Below are positions 11,872-19,099 of a stretch of 64,000 nucleotides of DNA, piece after piece. Both the position numbers and the translations under genes were made by a program. This DNA comes from an uncultured Candidatus Saccharibacteria bacterium (lineage in GTDB: Bacteria > Patescibacteriota > Saccharimonadia > Saccharimonadales > CAIOMD01). Positions within the stretch are counted from its first letter, which is position 1. Every line of letters begins with the position of its first letter. The stretch is taken from assembly GCA_963716565.1 (NCBI GenBank), contig OY970318.1, forward strand, positions 644,284-708,283, in the 5' to 3' direction. Below the pieces are notes generated by a model that was not told the origin of the DNA, searched no databases, and saw only the letters and a list, made by a program, of their open reading frames with translations.

Positions 11872-13299
11872 TTAATCTGTTTTTGCTGCTAAGCCTAAAA
11901 CAATGCCGGCTAGGAGCCAAACGTAGATGGTATTTATATAAGTGCCAAAAAAACCGTATTGGACCAAAAGGGCAATCATTAGTGAGGTTGCCGTAACGCA
12001 AAGCAAGGGGCTCTTTTTTAGGCCGTTTTTAAGCAGTTGCCAGATGCCGCTGACATAAATTAGCAAAAAGGCCACTAGCCCAAATATGCCTAGCTCGGCC
12101 AAGATAAGAATGTAGTAAATATAAACAGTTAAGTTGGATGGCGCAGTTGAATCAACGTTTTCTACTACATACGGGCCAAGATTGCCGGCGCCCACACCTG
12201 AGATGATAGTTGCATAATTACTGCGCCAAGCTTGCAAAGCTAAATCGGCTGCCCCAAGGCGGTCGCTAGTGGATGCTTCGATTAAGCCTGGCGATACAAA
12301 TTCTTCGACGCTAATACACGTTGGTGGAGTTGATTCGGTCGTCTCTGTTGGCACTTCTGGGGCTATCTTATCTGGCAGGCTCAATAAACCCAAAGAAACA
12401 TGTTCCAAGATGGTATTGGTGGTGTCGTAGGCAATGTTTGGAGTATTGCGGTAGCGCCAACTGGCCGAAGCAATCATCAAGCCAAAGCTAGCTAGGGCAC
12501 AGGCGATAACTAGACCTAGGCTTAAAATGGCCCTTTTGACATCTAACTTTTTTGAAATAGCTAACAAAACGGCAAAAACTATTAGGCCGGCAACTACCGC
12601 CCCGTAAGCTCCCCTTGAAAAGGTTAAAGTAATGGTTAACGAAACAAGTAGTAGCGATGCCAGGCTCAGGCGGCTTTTGTTTTTGTAAAAAACAGCCAGG
12701 CTAACAAAGAAGAAAGGTAGCAGTGCATTGGCCAAAAATAATGGCTCGGCTGCTAATAAATTAACCCGCGGAAAGCCAAAGATATCGCCCATACATCCCC
12801 TACAGGCAATTCCCAGCGTATTGTCGCTAAAAGTACCAAAAACAAATTGGCCCAAGCCTAAGGCGCCATAAATTATTCCCGCATAAAGCAATAGCTTAAT
12901 TATTAGCGGGTACGTTTTTTGAGCCAGTTCGTAACGTATATACCACCAGCCAGCCAGCACCAAAGCTAGTAAAAATAAGATTGATACCGTTAGTAGTAAG
13001 CTGCGCGCTTGGTTTATAACGCTCAATTGCCCGGTAATGGCTACCAAAGCCAGAATGACAATACTTAAAAAGGCTAGTTTATTTTGTTCGTATAGCCCCC
13101 GAATTTTTAAAAGTATACCCTTGGCGCACAAAAGTACAAAAAGTACCGCCAAAACTTGGTAAAGGCCTATCCTAAAAGACGTGAAATCGTATGCCGGCAA
13201 AGCAATAGAGGGATATTTAGATAGCGGCATGCCAATAATTAAGGCAATGAATAGCCAAAAGCGAAGGCGGGCGAAGGTAATTTTTGTCATTGATACCAT
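11872..13299 (-). CDS. O-antigen ligase/polymerase-like polytopic membrane protein
   Basis: 475 aa with at least 10 hydrophobic segments and a central extracytoplasmic loop. The context (glycan cluster) and topology fit Wzy_C/O-antigen-ligase-like proteins. Confidence 0.6.
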   Translation of the reverse strand: MVSMTKITFARLRFWLFIALIIGMPLSKYPSIALPAYDFTSFRIGLYQVLAVLFVLLCAKGILLKIRGLYEQNKLAFLSIVILALVAITGQLSVINQARSLLLTVSILFLLALVLAGWWYIRYELAQKTYPLIIKLLLYAGIIYGALGLGQFVFGTFSDNTLGIACRGCMGDIFGFPRVNLLAAEPLFLANALLPFFFVSLAVFYKNKSRLSLASLLLVSLTITLTFSRGAYGAVVAGLIVFAVLLAISKKLDVKRAILSLGLVIACALASFGLMIASASWRYRNTPNIAYDTTNTILEHVSLGLLSLPDKIAPEVPTETTESTPPTCISVEEFVSPGLIEASTSDRLGAADLALQAWRSNYATIISGVGAGNLGPYVVENVDSTAPSNLTVYIYYILILAELGIFGLVAFLLIYVSGIWQLLKNGLKKSPLLCVTATSLMIALLVQYGFFGTYINTIYVWLLAGIVLGLAAKTD

Positions 13300-13331
13300 T
13301 TTACCTTAATCGAGTAACAATTTTTTCTCTT

Positions 13332-13530
13332 GCTACTTTTGCTGTCAAAAGTAGCCAAAACCACTGGGCTGCGTTTTCTCTTGATCAACCTACTGGTCAA
13401 GCCAAACAACAGCCTCGATAACTCGGCAAAATTTTATCAACTTAAGACCATTTTGCCTCAAGCATCTCTTCGGCCTAGATGTTGTTTGTTTGACGTAAAG
13501 CCATCAGGATAAAGCCGATGCCCAGACCCG
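13332..13530 (+). ncRNA. candidate structured RNA, copy 1 (unassigned family)
   Basis: Intergenic. Hairpin 13332-13355; closing helix CTGGGC 13364-69 / GCCCAG 13520-25; helix 13403-11 / 13480-88; apical helix 13425-32 / 13450-57; 5' hairpin 13380-87 / 13394-13401. Every helix covaries with copy 2. Confidence 0.6.
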
Positions 13531-13662
13531 ACGAGCTGCATTGATAACAGACAGTCTATACCATAAGAGTAAGTTTTTGTTTCTTTAATGCTCTTTAGCC
13601 AACAATGGCTCCGGCCCAGACCTATTTTCTAACATCCAACATCTAGCGTCTAACATCCATTT

Positions 13663-14124
13663 ATGCTAATGTTAAAAACAAGAACATTTTCAAAACAAAA
13701 TATGAGCAGAAAGACTAAAAAACTTCTTATACAGTTTGCCGAATACATGATTGCCGGCGGTGCTTATTTTTGGAGCGGCTATTTTATTATTGTTTTTCTA
13801 ACCCCAGTGATTGGACTGTGGTGGGCAAATATCTTGGGCAACGGCGTAGGCATAACTGTTAATTTTATATTAGAGCGCTACTGGGTGTTTAAAAGCAGCA
13901 AACAGCGCCACGTTACCGAAGTATCTGCTCGCTACATTATTTTTACGGCCTGTAACTTTATAATTAATTATCTTATTTTAAGATGGTTGCAGTCTGTTGG
14001 CATTGATGTGGCGGTTGGGCAGTTTATTGCTTCGGGCTTCTTTACTATTTGGAACTACTTTTGGTACCGTTTTTGGGTATTTAAAGGCAAGCCGCACTTG
14101 CACAGGATAAGACACCATGCCTGA
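13663..14124 (+). CDS. GtrA family membrane protein
   Basis: 153 aa with 4 TM segments and a GtrA-like pattern (YxxAGGxxF..., ERYWVFK, FxWxRFWVFK). Confidence 0.8.
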   Translation: MLMLKTRTFSKQNMSRKTKKLLIQFAEYMIAGGAYFWSGYFIIVFLTPVIGLWWANILGNGVGITVNFILERYWVFKSSKQRHVTEVSARYIIFTACNFIINYLILRWLQSVGIDVAVGQFIASGFFTIWNYFWYRFWVFKGKPHLHRIRHHA

Positions 14125-14569
14125 TGACAATAAAATAAGACCAACCAAAAAACAGAGGGCCTTGCTAGAATTTATTGCTCAATTTATTGCCGAACATGGC
14201 TATAGCCCTTGCTACCGCGAGATTATGACTGGGCTAGGCTATACGTCTGTAGCTACGGTTTCGTTGCACGTCACTAGTTTGATAAAAAGGGGTCATTTGC
14301 AAAAGCGCGATCGTTCGGCCCGCTCGCTAGAGGTTGTTTCGGAAGAGATTATTAAGATGACTCCAATGCAGCCAATTAAGGCGGCCGACGAAAAATGGCT
14401 AGTAGACATTGTAGAATCCAGATTTACCCATCACGAGAATTGCCAAGATCTGACCCAAAGAGAAATTGATAATTTATTTGTATTAGTGGGGGCACTGCGG
14501 GTGTTGGGTCTAGAAGAAGCGGCCCGCAGTTTTATACCACGGCTGGGCAGTATTAAGAATAAGAAATAA
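14117..14569 (+). CDS. LexA N-terminal (winged-helix) DNA-binding domain protein lacking the S24 peptidase domain
   Basis: 150 aa. Residues ~10-75 (KKQRALLEFIAQFIAEHGYSPCYREIMTGLGYTSVATVSLHVTSLIKRGHLQK) match the LexA DNA-binding domain pattern. The C-terminal half shows no Ser/Lys S24 signature. 8-nt overlap (ATGCCTGA) with GtrA. Confidence 0.65.
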   Translation: MPDDNKIRPTKKQRALLEFIAQFIAEHGYSPCYREIMTGLGYTSVATVSLHVTSLIKRGHLQKRDRSARSLEVVSEEIIKMTPMQPIKAADEKWLVDIVESRFTHHENCQDLTQREIDNLFVLVGALRVLGLEEAARSFIPRLGSIKNKK

Positions 14570-14574
14570 CTTTT

Positions 14575-14790
14575 GCAACCTTTTGTCCGCCAAAAGGTTG
14601 CGCCAAAACCACTGGGCTGCTTTTTGGCCTTGGAATAACCTGTAGCCAAGCGCCACAACAGCCTGCGGGACTCCCTAACGGTCGGCCAAAACTTCTATCA
14701 ATCTTTCAAAGAAAAAGTTTTGGCAAGTCCTCGGCTTTAATGTTGTGGCTTTGGCCAGTTTATCCAGGCCCAAAAAGATGCCCAGACCCG
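14575..14790 (+). ncRNA. candidate structured RNA, copy 2 (unassigned family)
   Basis: Starts 6 nt after the LexA-like stop. Hairpin 14575-14601; CTGGGC 14612-17 / GCCCAG 14780-85; helix 14620-27 / 14770-77; helix 14652-60 / 14741-49; apical helix 14685-93 / 14716-24. Confidence 0.6.
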
Positions 14791-14860
14791 ATAATCGCAT
14801 CGCCGGCAAGGTAACGCCCTGTTAGTATCGTCAGTACCGACGGATAATGGTGTCGCATGG

Positions 14861-14888
14861 TTGTTATTCAAAGATATTATGTTATAAT
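14861..14888 (+). promoter_or_regulatory. sigma70-like promoter candidate
   Basis: TTGTTA (14861-66), 16-nt spacer, TATAAT (14883-88), located upstream of the 14955 ORF. Confidence 0.4.
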
Positions 14889-14954
14889 AAACAAAGAGAA
14901 TCCAAAATAGCCTTGCCTAATGTGAGGCTTTGTACCTTAGGAGGCGGAAAAAGC

Positions 14955-15302
14955 ATGGACGAGTGGCAACGAGTTGCGCTGCAAGACTTCCTGCGGGCGA
15001 AGGAGCTTCTGGTCGGAGGCCAGATGACTAGGTGGTTTCATTTTCACCCGTCTTTGCCGCCAATAGTGGCGATGATCGTAGACATCGAAGATGTTCGTCA
15101 TGATGGCACTGACTACAGGGATATAATCGTTAGAACCGAGCACTTCGTTTCGACGGTTCCCGATGGCCCGGTCTTTGCCCTGAAAGACTTCGAGTTCGAG
15201 GTCAATCCGCCAGGCGCTTGCTGCATCTGCCATGCTTGCGCGAGTCTCTGGGTGGTAGCGGTTCCCCTAAAGGGTCTCGTACATCTTCAGTACCGAGCCT
15301 AG
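14955..15302 (+). CDS. hypothetical protein (115 aa, Cys cluster CCICHAC)
   Basis: AGGAGG at 14939-44 lies 10 nt upstream of the ATG at 14955. The ORF is visibly more GC-rich than its neighbours, and I recognise no family. The long antisense ORF is judged spurious. Confidence 0.4.
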   Translation: MDEWQRVALQDFLRAKELLVGGQMTRWFHFHPSLPPIVAMIVDIEDVRHDGTDYRDIIVRTEHFVSTVPDGPVFALKDFEFEVNPPGACCICHACASLWVVAVPLKGLVHLQYRA

Positions 15303-15318
15303 CAGGCAGTATCGTACA

Positions 15319-15355
15319 GGTCGCAAAGGACCCCACAAGAGGGTCCGATGCGACC
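15319..15355. terminator. strong stem-loop between convergent genes
   Basis: GGTCGCA-aa-GGACCC-cacaaga-GGGTCC-ga-TGCGACC (13 bp), sitting between the 15302 stop (+) and the 15394 stop (-). Confidence 0.55.
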
Positions 15356-15393
15356 CTCTTAATATTATGCGAATATATTTAGGCAGCGACCGT

Positions 15394-15927
15394 TTAGCGG
15401 AGAGTTTTGTTGGCGGCTAAGTCGATTAGGGTGGATGGTTCAATAGGCATTGAACCATTGTCTACGTAAATGTCTACTTGGTCACCAAAGTAAGCTTTGG
15501 CTTGGGCGATAGTAGTGGCCGGGGGCAGACCTTCGGGGTTGGCACTAGGGGCAATTAACGGGCCAGTTTGGCGGATGAGCTCACGAAGCTCGTCATTGTT
15601 GGGCAGTCGCAGAGCTATTTCTTTTAGGCCCTTAGCCGGGTAGCTGGGCCTAGGTTTGTTTAGAGGGAAGACTAAGCTGTTGGGGCCGGGCCAGTATTTT
15701 TTAGCTGAGTCTATACATTCTTTATCTATGTCAAAATCTTTAAGTTGTTCAAGGTCGGAAATTAAGATTATGCAAGGCTTACTAATATCGCGACTTCTAA
15801 TTTTATAAACTTTTTTGACTGCGTCTTGGTTGGAAGCCTTGGCCACAATGCCATAAATAGTGTCGGTTGGAATAACCGCCACTTTGCCAGAGTTCAAAAC
15901 ATCCGCAACGTCTAAATAATTAATCAT
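15394..15927 (-). CDS. tsaC: L-threonylcarbamoyladenylate synthase (YrdC/TsaC family)
   Basis: 177 aa. YrdC-domain pattern (PTDTIYGIVAKA..., KIRSRDISKPCIILISD, SANPEG). Confidence 0.85.
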   Translation of the reverse strand: MINYLDVADVLNSGKVAVIPTDTIYGIVAKASNQDAVKKVYKIRSRDISKPCIILISDLEQLKDFDIDKECIDSAKKYWPGPNSLVFPLNKPRPSYPAKGLKEIALRLPNNDELRELIRQTGPLIAPSANPEGLPPATTIAQAKAYFGDQVDIYVDNGSMPIEPSTLIDLAANKTLR

Positions 15928-15972
15928 CGGTCACAATAATATCAGAAGTGAGTCAATCGCTAAAGGATATAG

Positions 15973-16692
15973 CTACAGGCACTGGTTGGTCGGGCCGTTA
16001 ACAAGCTCTACGGTAGTAATGTTAGAGGTGAACGAATTAGGCGCCGAAATTATTAAATGAGCCTCACCACTAGTTCTGTCTACTTGCCAGTTGCCTAGAG
16101 TAAGTTCTAGGGCATAAGGGGTTACTGGCAAGGTGCCGGCGCTACTAAAGGTTAATGAACTCCAAGAAGGAACTAACATTGGTGGGTCTTGAATCCACTT
16201 ATAATTTACGGTTCCAGGGGCATTGGTTGTTATCGTGCCAACGTACGTAAACGAATGTGTATACGGGAAGGTCATGCCGTCAAATTCATAACAGCTGGCG
16301 TTTGGCGTTACCTGGGCGGCCGTTACGGCAAATAACGGGAAGGGTGTTGGTGTTGGGGTTGGAGTCGAAGCTGGGGTTGGAGTTGGGCTACTGTTGCCAC
16401 CAGAACTTGGAGTTGGGGTAGCGGTTGGTGTAGATGAATTGGCAGTTGGAGTTGGCGTTGACGTTGACGTGGGAGTGGCCGTAGGATGGCTTGAATTATT
16501 TGCAGTAGTTCCATTAGTAGCACTTGGCTCAGTCTGATCATCACCTTTAATAACAAACAAATACAACACTAGGCCTATTGCTGCCAATATCAGCAATGCT
16601 GGCAAAATAAACTTGAGGCTTAAAAGCTTCTTATAGCCCTTTTCGTTGGTTGTAGATTTGTTAATATTTGGTTCTAATTTTGTTTCACTCAT
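15973..16692 (-). CDS. membrane-anchored hypothetical protein with Pro/Thr-rich linker
   Basis: 239 aa. N-terminal TM helix, then a long PTATPTSTSTPTPT... low-complexity linker, then a C-terminal globular domain with 2 Cys. Confidence 0.6.
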   Translation of the reverse strand: MSETKLEPNINKSTTNEKGYKKLLSLKFILPALLILAAIGLVLYLFVIKGDDQTEPSATNGTTANNSSHPTATPTSTSTPTPTANSSTPTATPTPSSGGNSSPTPTPASTPTPTPTPFPLFAVTAAQVTPNASCYEFDGMTFPYTHSFTYVGTITTNAPGTVNYKWIQDPPMLVPSWSSLTFSSAGTLPVTPYALELTLGNWQVDRTSGEAHLIISAPNSFTSNITTVELVNGPTNQCL

Positions 16693-16773
16693 GTTTTTAT
16701 TTCACTTTGCTTAATACTAATAACATAAGCATAAACACTATAACTGTCAATAGGAAGTGCCATGTCTTTGGCG

Positions 16774-16802
16774 TTGACTAAAGGCCATTTTACCCCTATA
16801 AT
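16774..16802 (+). promoter_or_regulatory. sigma70-type promoter for tRNA-Asn
   Basis: TTGACT (16774-79), 17-nt spacer, TATAAT (16797-16802), about 45 nt upstream of the tRNA. Confidence 0.6.
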
Positions 16803-16849
16803 TTGCCAAAGGTTAGCCTTGCGCGGGGCCAGTACGTTATTTTAGATAT

Positions 16850-16924
16850 TCCGGAGTAGCTCAATGGTGGAGCAAGAAGCTGTTAACTTCGAGGTTGCCG
16901 GTTCGAGCCCGGCCTCCGGAGCCA
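16850..16924 (+). tRNA. tRNA-Asn (anticodon GTT), CCA encoded
   Basis: Manual cloverleaf: acceptor TCCGGAG/CTCCGGA, D arm GCTC..GAGC, anticodon loop CTGTTAA, T arm GCCGG-TTCGAGC-CCGGC, discriminator G, CCA. Confidence 0.9.
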
Positions 16925-16925
16925 A
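16910..16925 (+). repeat. attL-like direct repeat (tRNA-Asn 3' end)
   Basis: CGGCCTCCGGAGCCAA is identical to 29574-29589. Confidence 0.7.
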
Positions 16926-16933
16926 AGCAAGCA

Positions 16934-16977
16934 GCCAAATGACGTGACCGTGTTCCTAGACCGTTCACTCATTTGGC
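16934..16977. repeat. 44-bp imperfect palindrome at the island's left edge
   Basis: GCCAAATGA...TCATTTGGC outer arms (9 bp perfect), with inner arms partly symmetric around TTCCTAG. Confidence 0.5.
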
Positions 16978-17028
16978 CTCTTGTACGGAAACGATTTGCT
17001 GAATAAGATTTTAAGTACCTTTAACATC

Positions 17029-17054
17029 GGAACCGCCAGAAATGGCGGTTTTTG
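17029..17054 (+). terminator. intrinsic terminator
   Basis: AACCGCC-agaaat-GGCGGTT followed by TTTT. Confidence 0.6.
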
Positions 17055-17134
17055 ATTCATTAACTCCTGCGCTTGGTTCTAGAACCGACCGTAAGCTATA
17101 TGAGAATCAAGCAGTACAAAGGCTGACTGTGTTC

Positions 17135-18148
17135 CTAGACCAATATCGTTTTTTGAAAGTATAGCGGTGTCTCTTCTTCTATTGCCGGCAGCGCTTGTCG
17201 AGCCAGTAATCGTTCGCTTGCTTTTTCTATTATGGCTCGCTGTTTAAGACCTTGTTGGTTGGCTATAATTATGCGCTCGGCAGAATAGTCTGCGGATACC
17301 ATCAACTTTCTACCATTAAGGATTATGCGGCAACTTGTATTTTGAAGTACTGCTTCAATCGTCTTCGTGGCTTCATTGGCGGAGAACACATCACGCTGTA
17401 ATTGGGTGTTAATTACAACCGTATTGATGCTGGGGTTGTTCTTAAGGTATTCGACTATTTTTGCTCGCTGATGATCGTTTACGGCATAGATGTGTGGTAT
17501 AACTGGCACGCCCAACTTGCTAAGTTCATGAACATAGGAGAGCGACTTATTCAAGTTGATTAACTGGCCCATGGGGCACTCATGTAAGAATAGCGAAAAA
17601 TTCATACCAGTGACGGCATAGAAGCCGCCTTTAGCTATCTCTTGAAAAAGTGATATTTCATGTTTATCAAACCATAGTTTTTCGATGACGACATCTATAT
17701 AGCTACTAAAGAGTACAATCTTTTTGCCTCGAAACGCTGGTCTATCTAATGCAGATAGAGATATGTGGACACCATCACGCATATAGTAGTGCCCCCAACG
17801 CAATTTGGGCTTGGTACTTAGTATATCCTTAAGGTTTATGCCAACTATTTTAGGGAATAGTTCTGGGTCCCAATCAAAGCATCCTGAAGGTACCACAACT
17901 AATTCATCTGGCATCACTGGTGAGCCGGTCATTATGGGCTTATTGGCAAAGTCCAATCCGCCAGCGTCTGCTATATACTCCTGCAAGTTAGTGCTATGAC
18001 AATCTACGATGCCCCGATTATCGCCAGGGCATCGCTCACGCACCAGTGCCTTTTCGTCCTTTGCTATGAGATTGGGTGCACATGAACTCGCGTCACAATA
18101 AGCACTGGCAAACAGAGAGACCTGGTTGCTATCGCTTGATCTCCGCAT
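17135..18148 (-). CDS. hypothetical protein (Cys-rich N-terminus + alpha/beta domain)
   Basis: Start chosen at ATG 18148 (MRRSSDS...), overlapping the upstream ORF by 20 nt. I cannot assign a family confidently; it vaguely recalls DUF4417-type proteins of mobile elements, unverified. Confidence 0.5.
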   Translation of the reverse strand: MRRSSDSNQVSLFASAYCDASSCAPNLIAKDEKALVRERCPGDNRGIVDCHSTNLQEYIADAGGLDFANKPIMTGSPVMPDELVVVPSGCFDWDPELFPKIVGINLKDILSTKPKLRWGHYYMRDGVHISLSALDRPAFRGKKIVLFSSYIDVVIEKLWFDKHEISLFQEIAKGGFYAVTGMNFSLFLHECPMGQLINLNKSLSYVHELSKLGVPVIPHIYAVNDHQRAKIVEYLKNNPSINTVVINTQLQRDVFSANEATKTIEAVLQNTSCRIILNGRKLMVSADYSAERIIIANQQGLKQRAIIEKASERLLARQALPAIEEETPLYFQKTILV

Positions 18149-18602
18149 AGCGTACGCCTTTTTTATCAACCACTTCAGCATAGTTGTATGCATAGCCCAT
18201 ACCGGCACATTGCTTCACTATTTTGTGTTGTAGCGTAGTCAATTGACCAACTATTGTGCCGGCAACAGTCTTTAGCAGCTGTTTGTCTAAGATCAACTTG
18301 GTACCAATCGACACCGTTTGGTTGCTTAGTTTAGTATCGAAGGCTAGCGGGCAGACATTATTGATGTCTACCGGTTGCGCGTCGGATCCTATACCGCCGC
18401 CCGTGCCTACAACACTACTATTTGATTTTGGCCTATTAATGACAGGCCGGTCATTTGATTTTCGTGCTACTGATGAGCCCATGTGGAAAACCTTCATCCT
18501 ATTCTGCGGTTGGTATTGACCGCTTATATTAGAGCTTGATAGGATAGAAGGTATACGAGGGTAAGATTCTTGTATACCTAAGATGCCAGTTACCGCTGGC
18601 AT
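18129..18602 (-). CDS. hypothetical protein (Gly/Ser-rich N-terminal half)
   Basis: The ORF is open to 18650. ATG 18602 (MPAVTG...) has AAGGAAAG just upstream, and other starts are possible. No recognisable family. Confidence 0.4.
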   Translation of the reverse strand: MPAVTGILGIQESYPRIPSILSSSNISGQYQPQNRMKVFHMGSSVARKSNDRPVINRPKSNSSVVGTGGGIGSDAQPVDINNVCPLAFDTKLSNQTVSIGTKLILDKQLLKTVAGTIVGQLTTLQHKIVKQCAGMGYAYNYAEVVDKKGVRYAEIKR

Positions 18603-18787
18603 CTTTCCTTTTCCAGCTTGGTTTAAATACTGGATAGACATCCAGCTCACAGAGTCTCAAATTTTATTTTGATTCTCTGACGTTATTTTAGCAGATATGC
18701 ATAAAATAAGCAAGCCAGAGGTATCGTTATGTGCGTATAAATACTCTACAAAGGCACTGATAGAGATTTATATCTTCAAGAAAAGTA

Positions 18788-18816
18788 TTGATTTATAATA
18801 CATAATATGGTATATA
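18788..18816 (+). promoter_or_regulatory. promoter candidate giving a near-leaderless mRNA
   Basis: TTGATT (18788-93), 17-nt spacer, TATATA (18811-16). The ATG at 18827 has no SD. Confidence 0.4.
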
Positions 18817-18826
18817 TGTATATATT

Positions 18827-19093
18827 ATGGATATAAATGAACAAAATAGTGGCTATAGGAAAGATATGTATACCCCCGAAGCACGTAAGGCGCGTTTTAA
18901 GAGGATTGCGGAAAAACGAACAAACAGAATCCTCAATGATATTCGTTTGATTGGTAACACCGGCAACAAGACTTTATATAGCTATGATCAGGCAGATGTA
19001 GATAAAATTTTTACAATTATTGATACAAAATTAACAGAAACCCGGTCCAGGTTTAAGACATCAAAAAAAGAAAAGCCGTTTACGCTTGACTAA
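18827..19093 (+). CDS. hypothetical small basic protein
   Basis: 88-aa, Lys/Arg-rich helical ORF. No family recognised. Confidence 0.45.
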   Translation: MDINEQNSGYRKDMYTPEARKARFKRIAEKRTNRILNDIRLIGNTGNKTLYSYDQADVDKIFTIIDTKLTETRSRFKTSKKEKPFTLD

Positions 19094-19099
19094 TGCGCC

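Noticed and set aside
13332-14790. The two similar segments read as integron attC sites (CALIN) or as direct repeats of a mobile element carrying GtrA + LexA-like
   Set aside because: There are no RYYYAAC/GTTRRRY ends and no integrase. The inferred structure is multi-branched rather than a single imperfect hairpin. The sequence is diverged with compensatory changes, which argues for selection on RNA structure rather than recent DNA duplication.
14937-15233. 98-aa minus-strand ORF antisense to the 115-aa ORF
   Set aside because: It has no RBS and lies fully inside the better-supported + strand ORF. It is probably open only because of the local GC-rich codon pattern.
14930-15360. Possible RNase P RNA or tmRNA in the GC-rich, double-strand-open region
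   Set aside because: Neither strand has the GAGGAAAGTCC / ACAGAA..GGCTTA P4 elements of RNase P. Neither has a tmRNA tRNA-like 5' GGGG...3' T-arm-CCA end or a tag ORF. A good AGGAGG-10 nt-ATG and a terminator fit a protein gene better.
16323-16556. 77-aa alternative-frame ORF in the PT-rich linker region
   Set aside because: This is a frame artefact of the repetitive ACNCCN coding sequence of 15973-16692.
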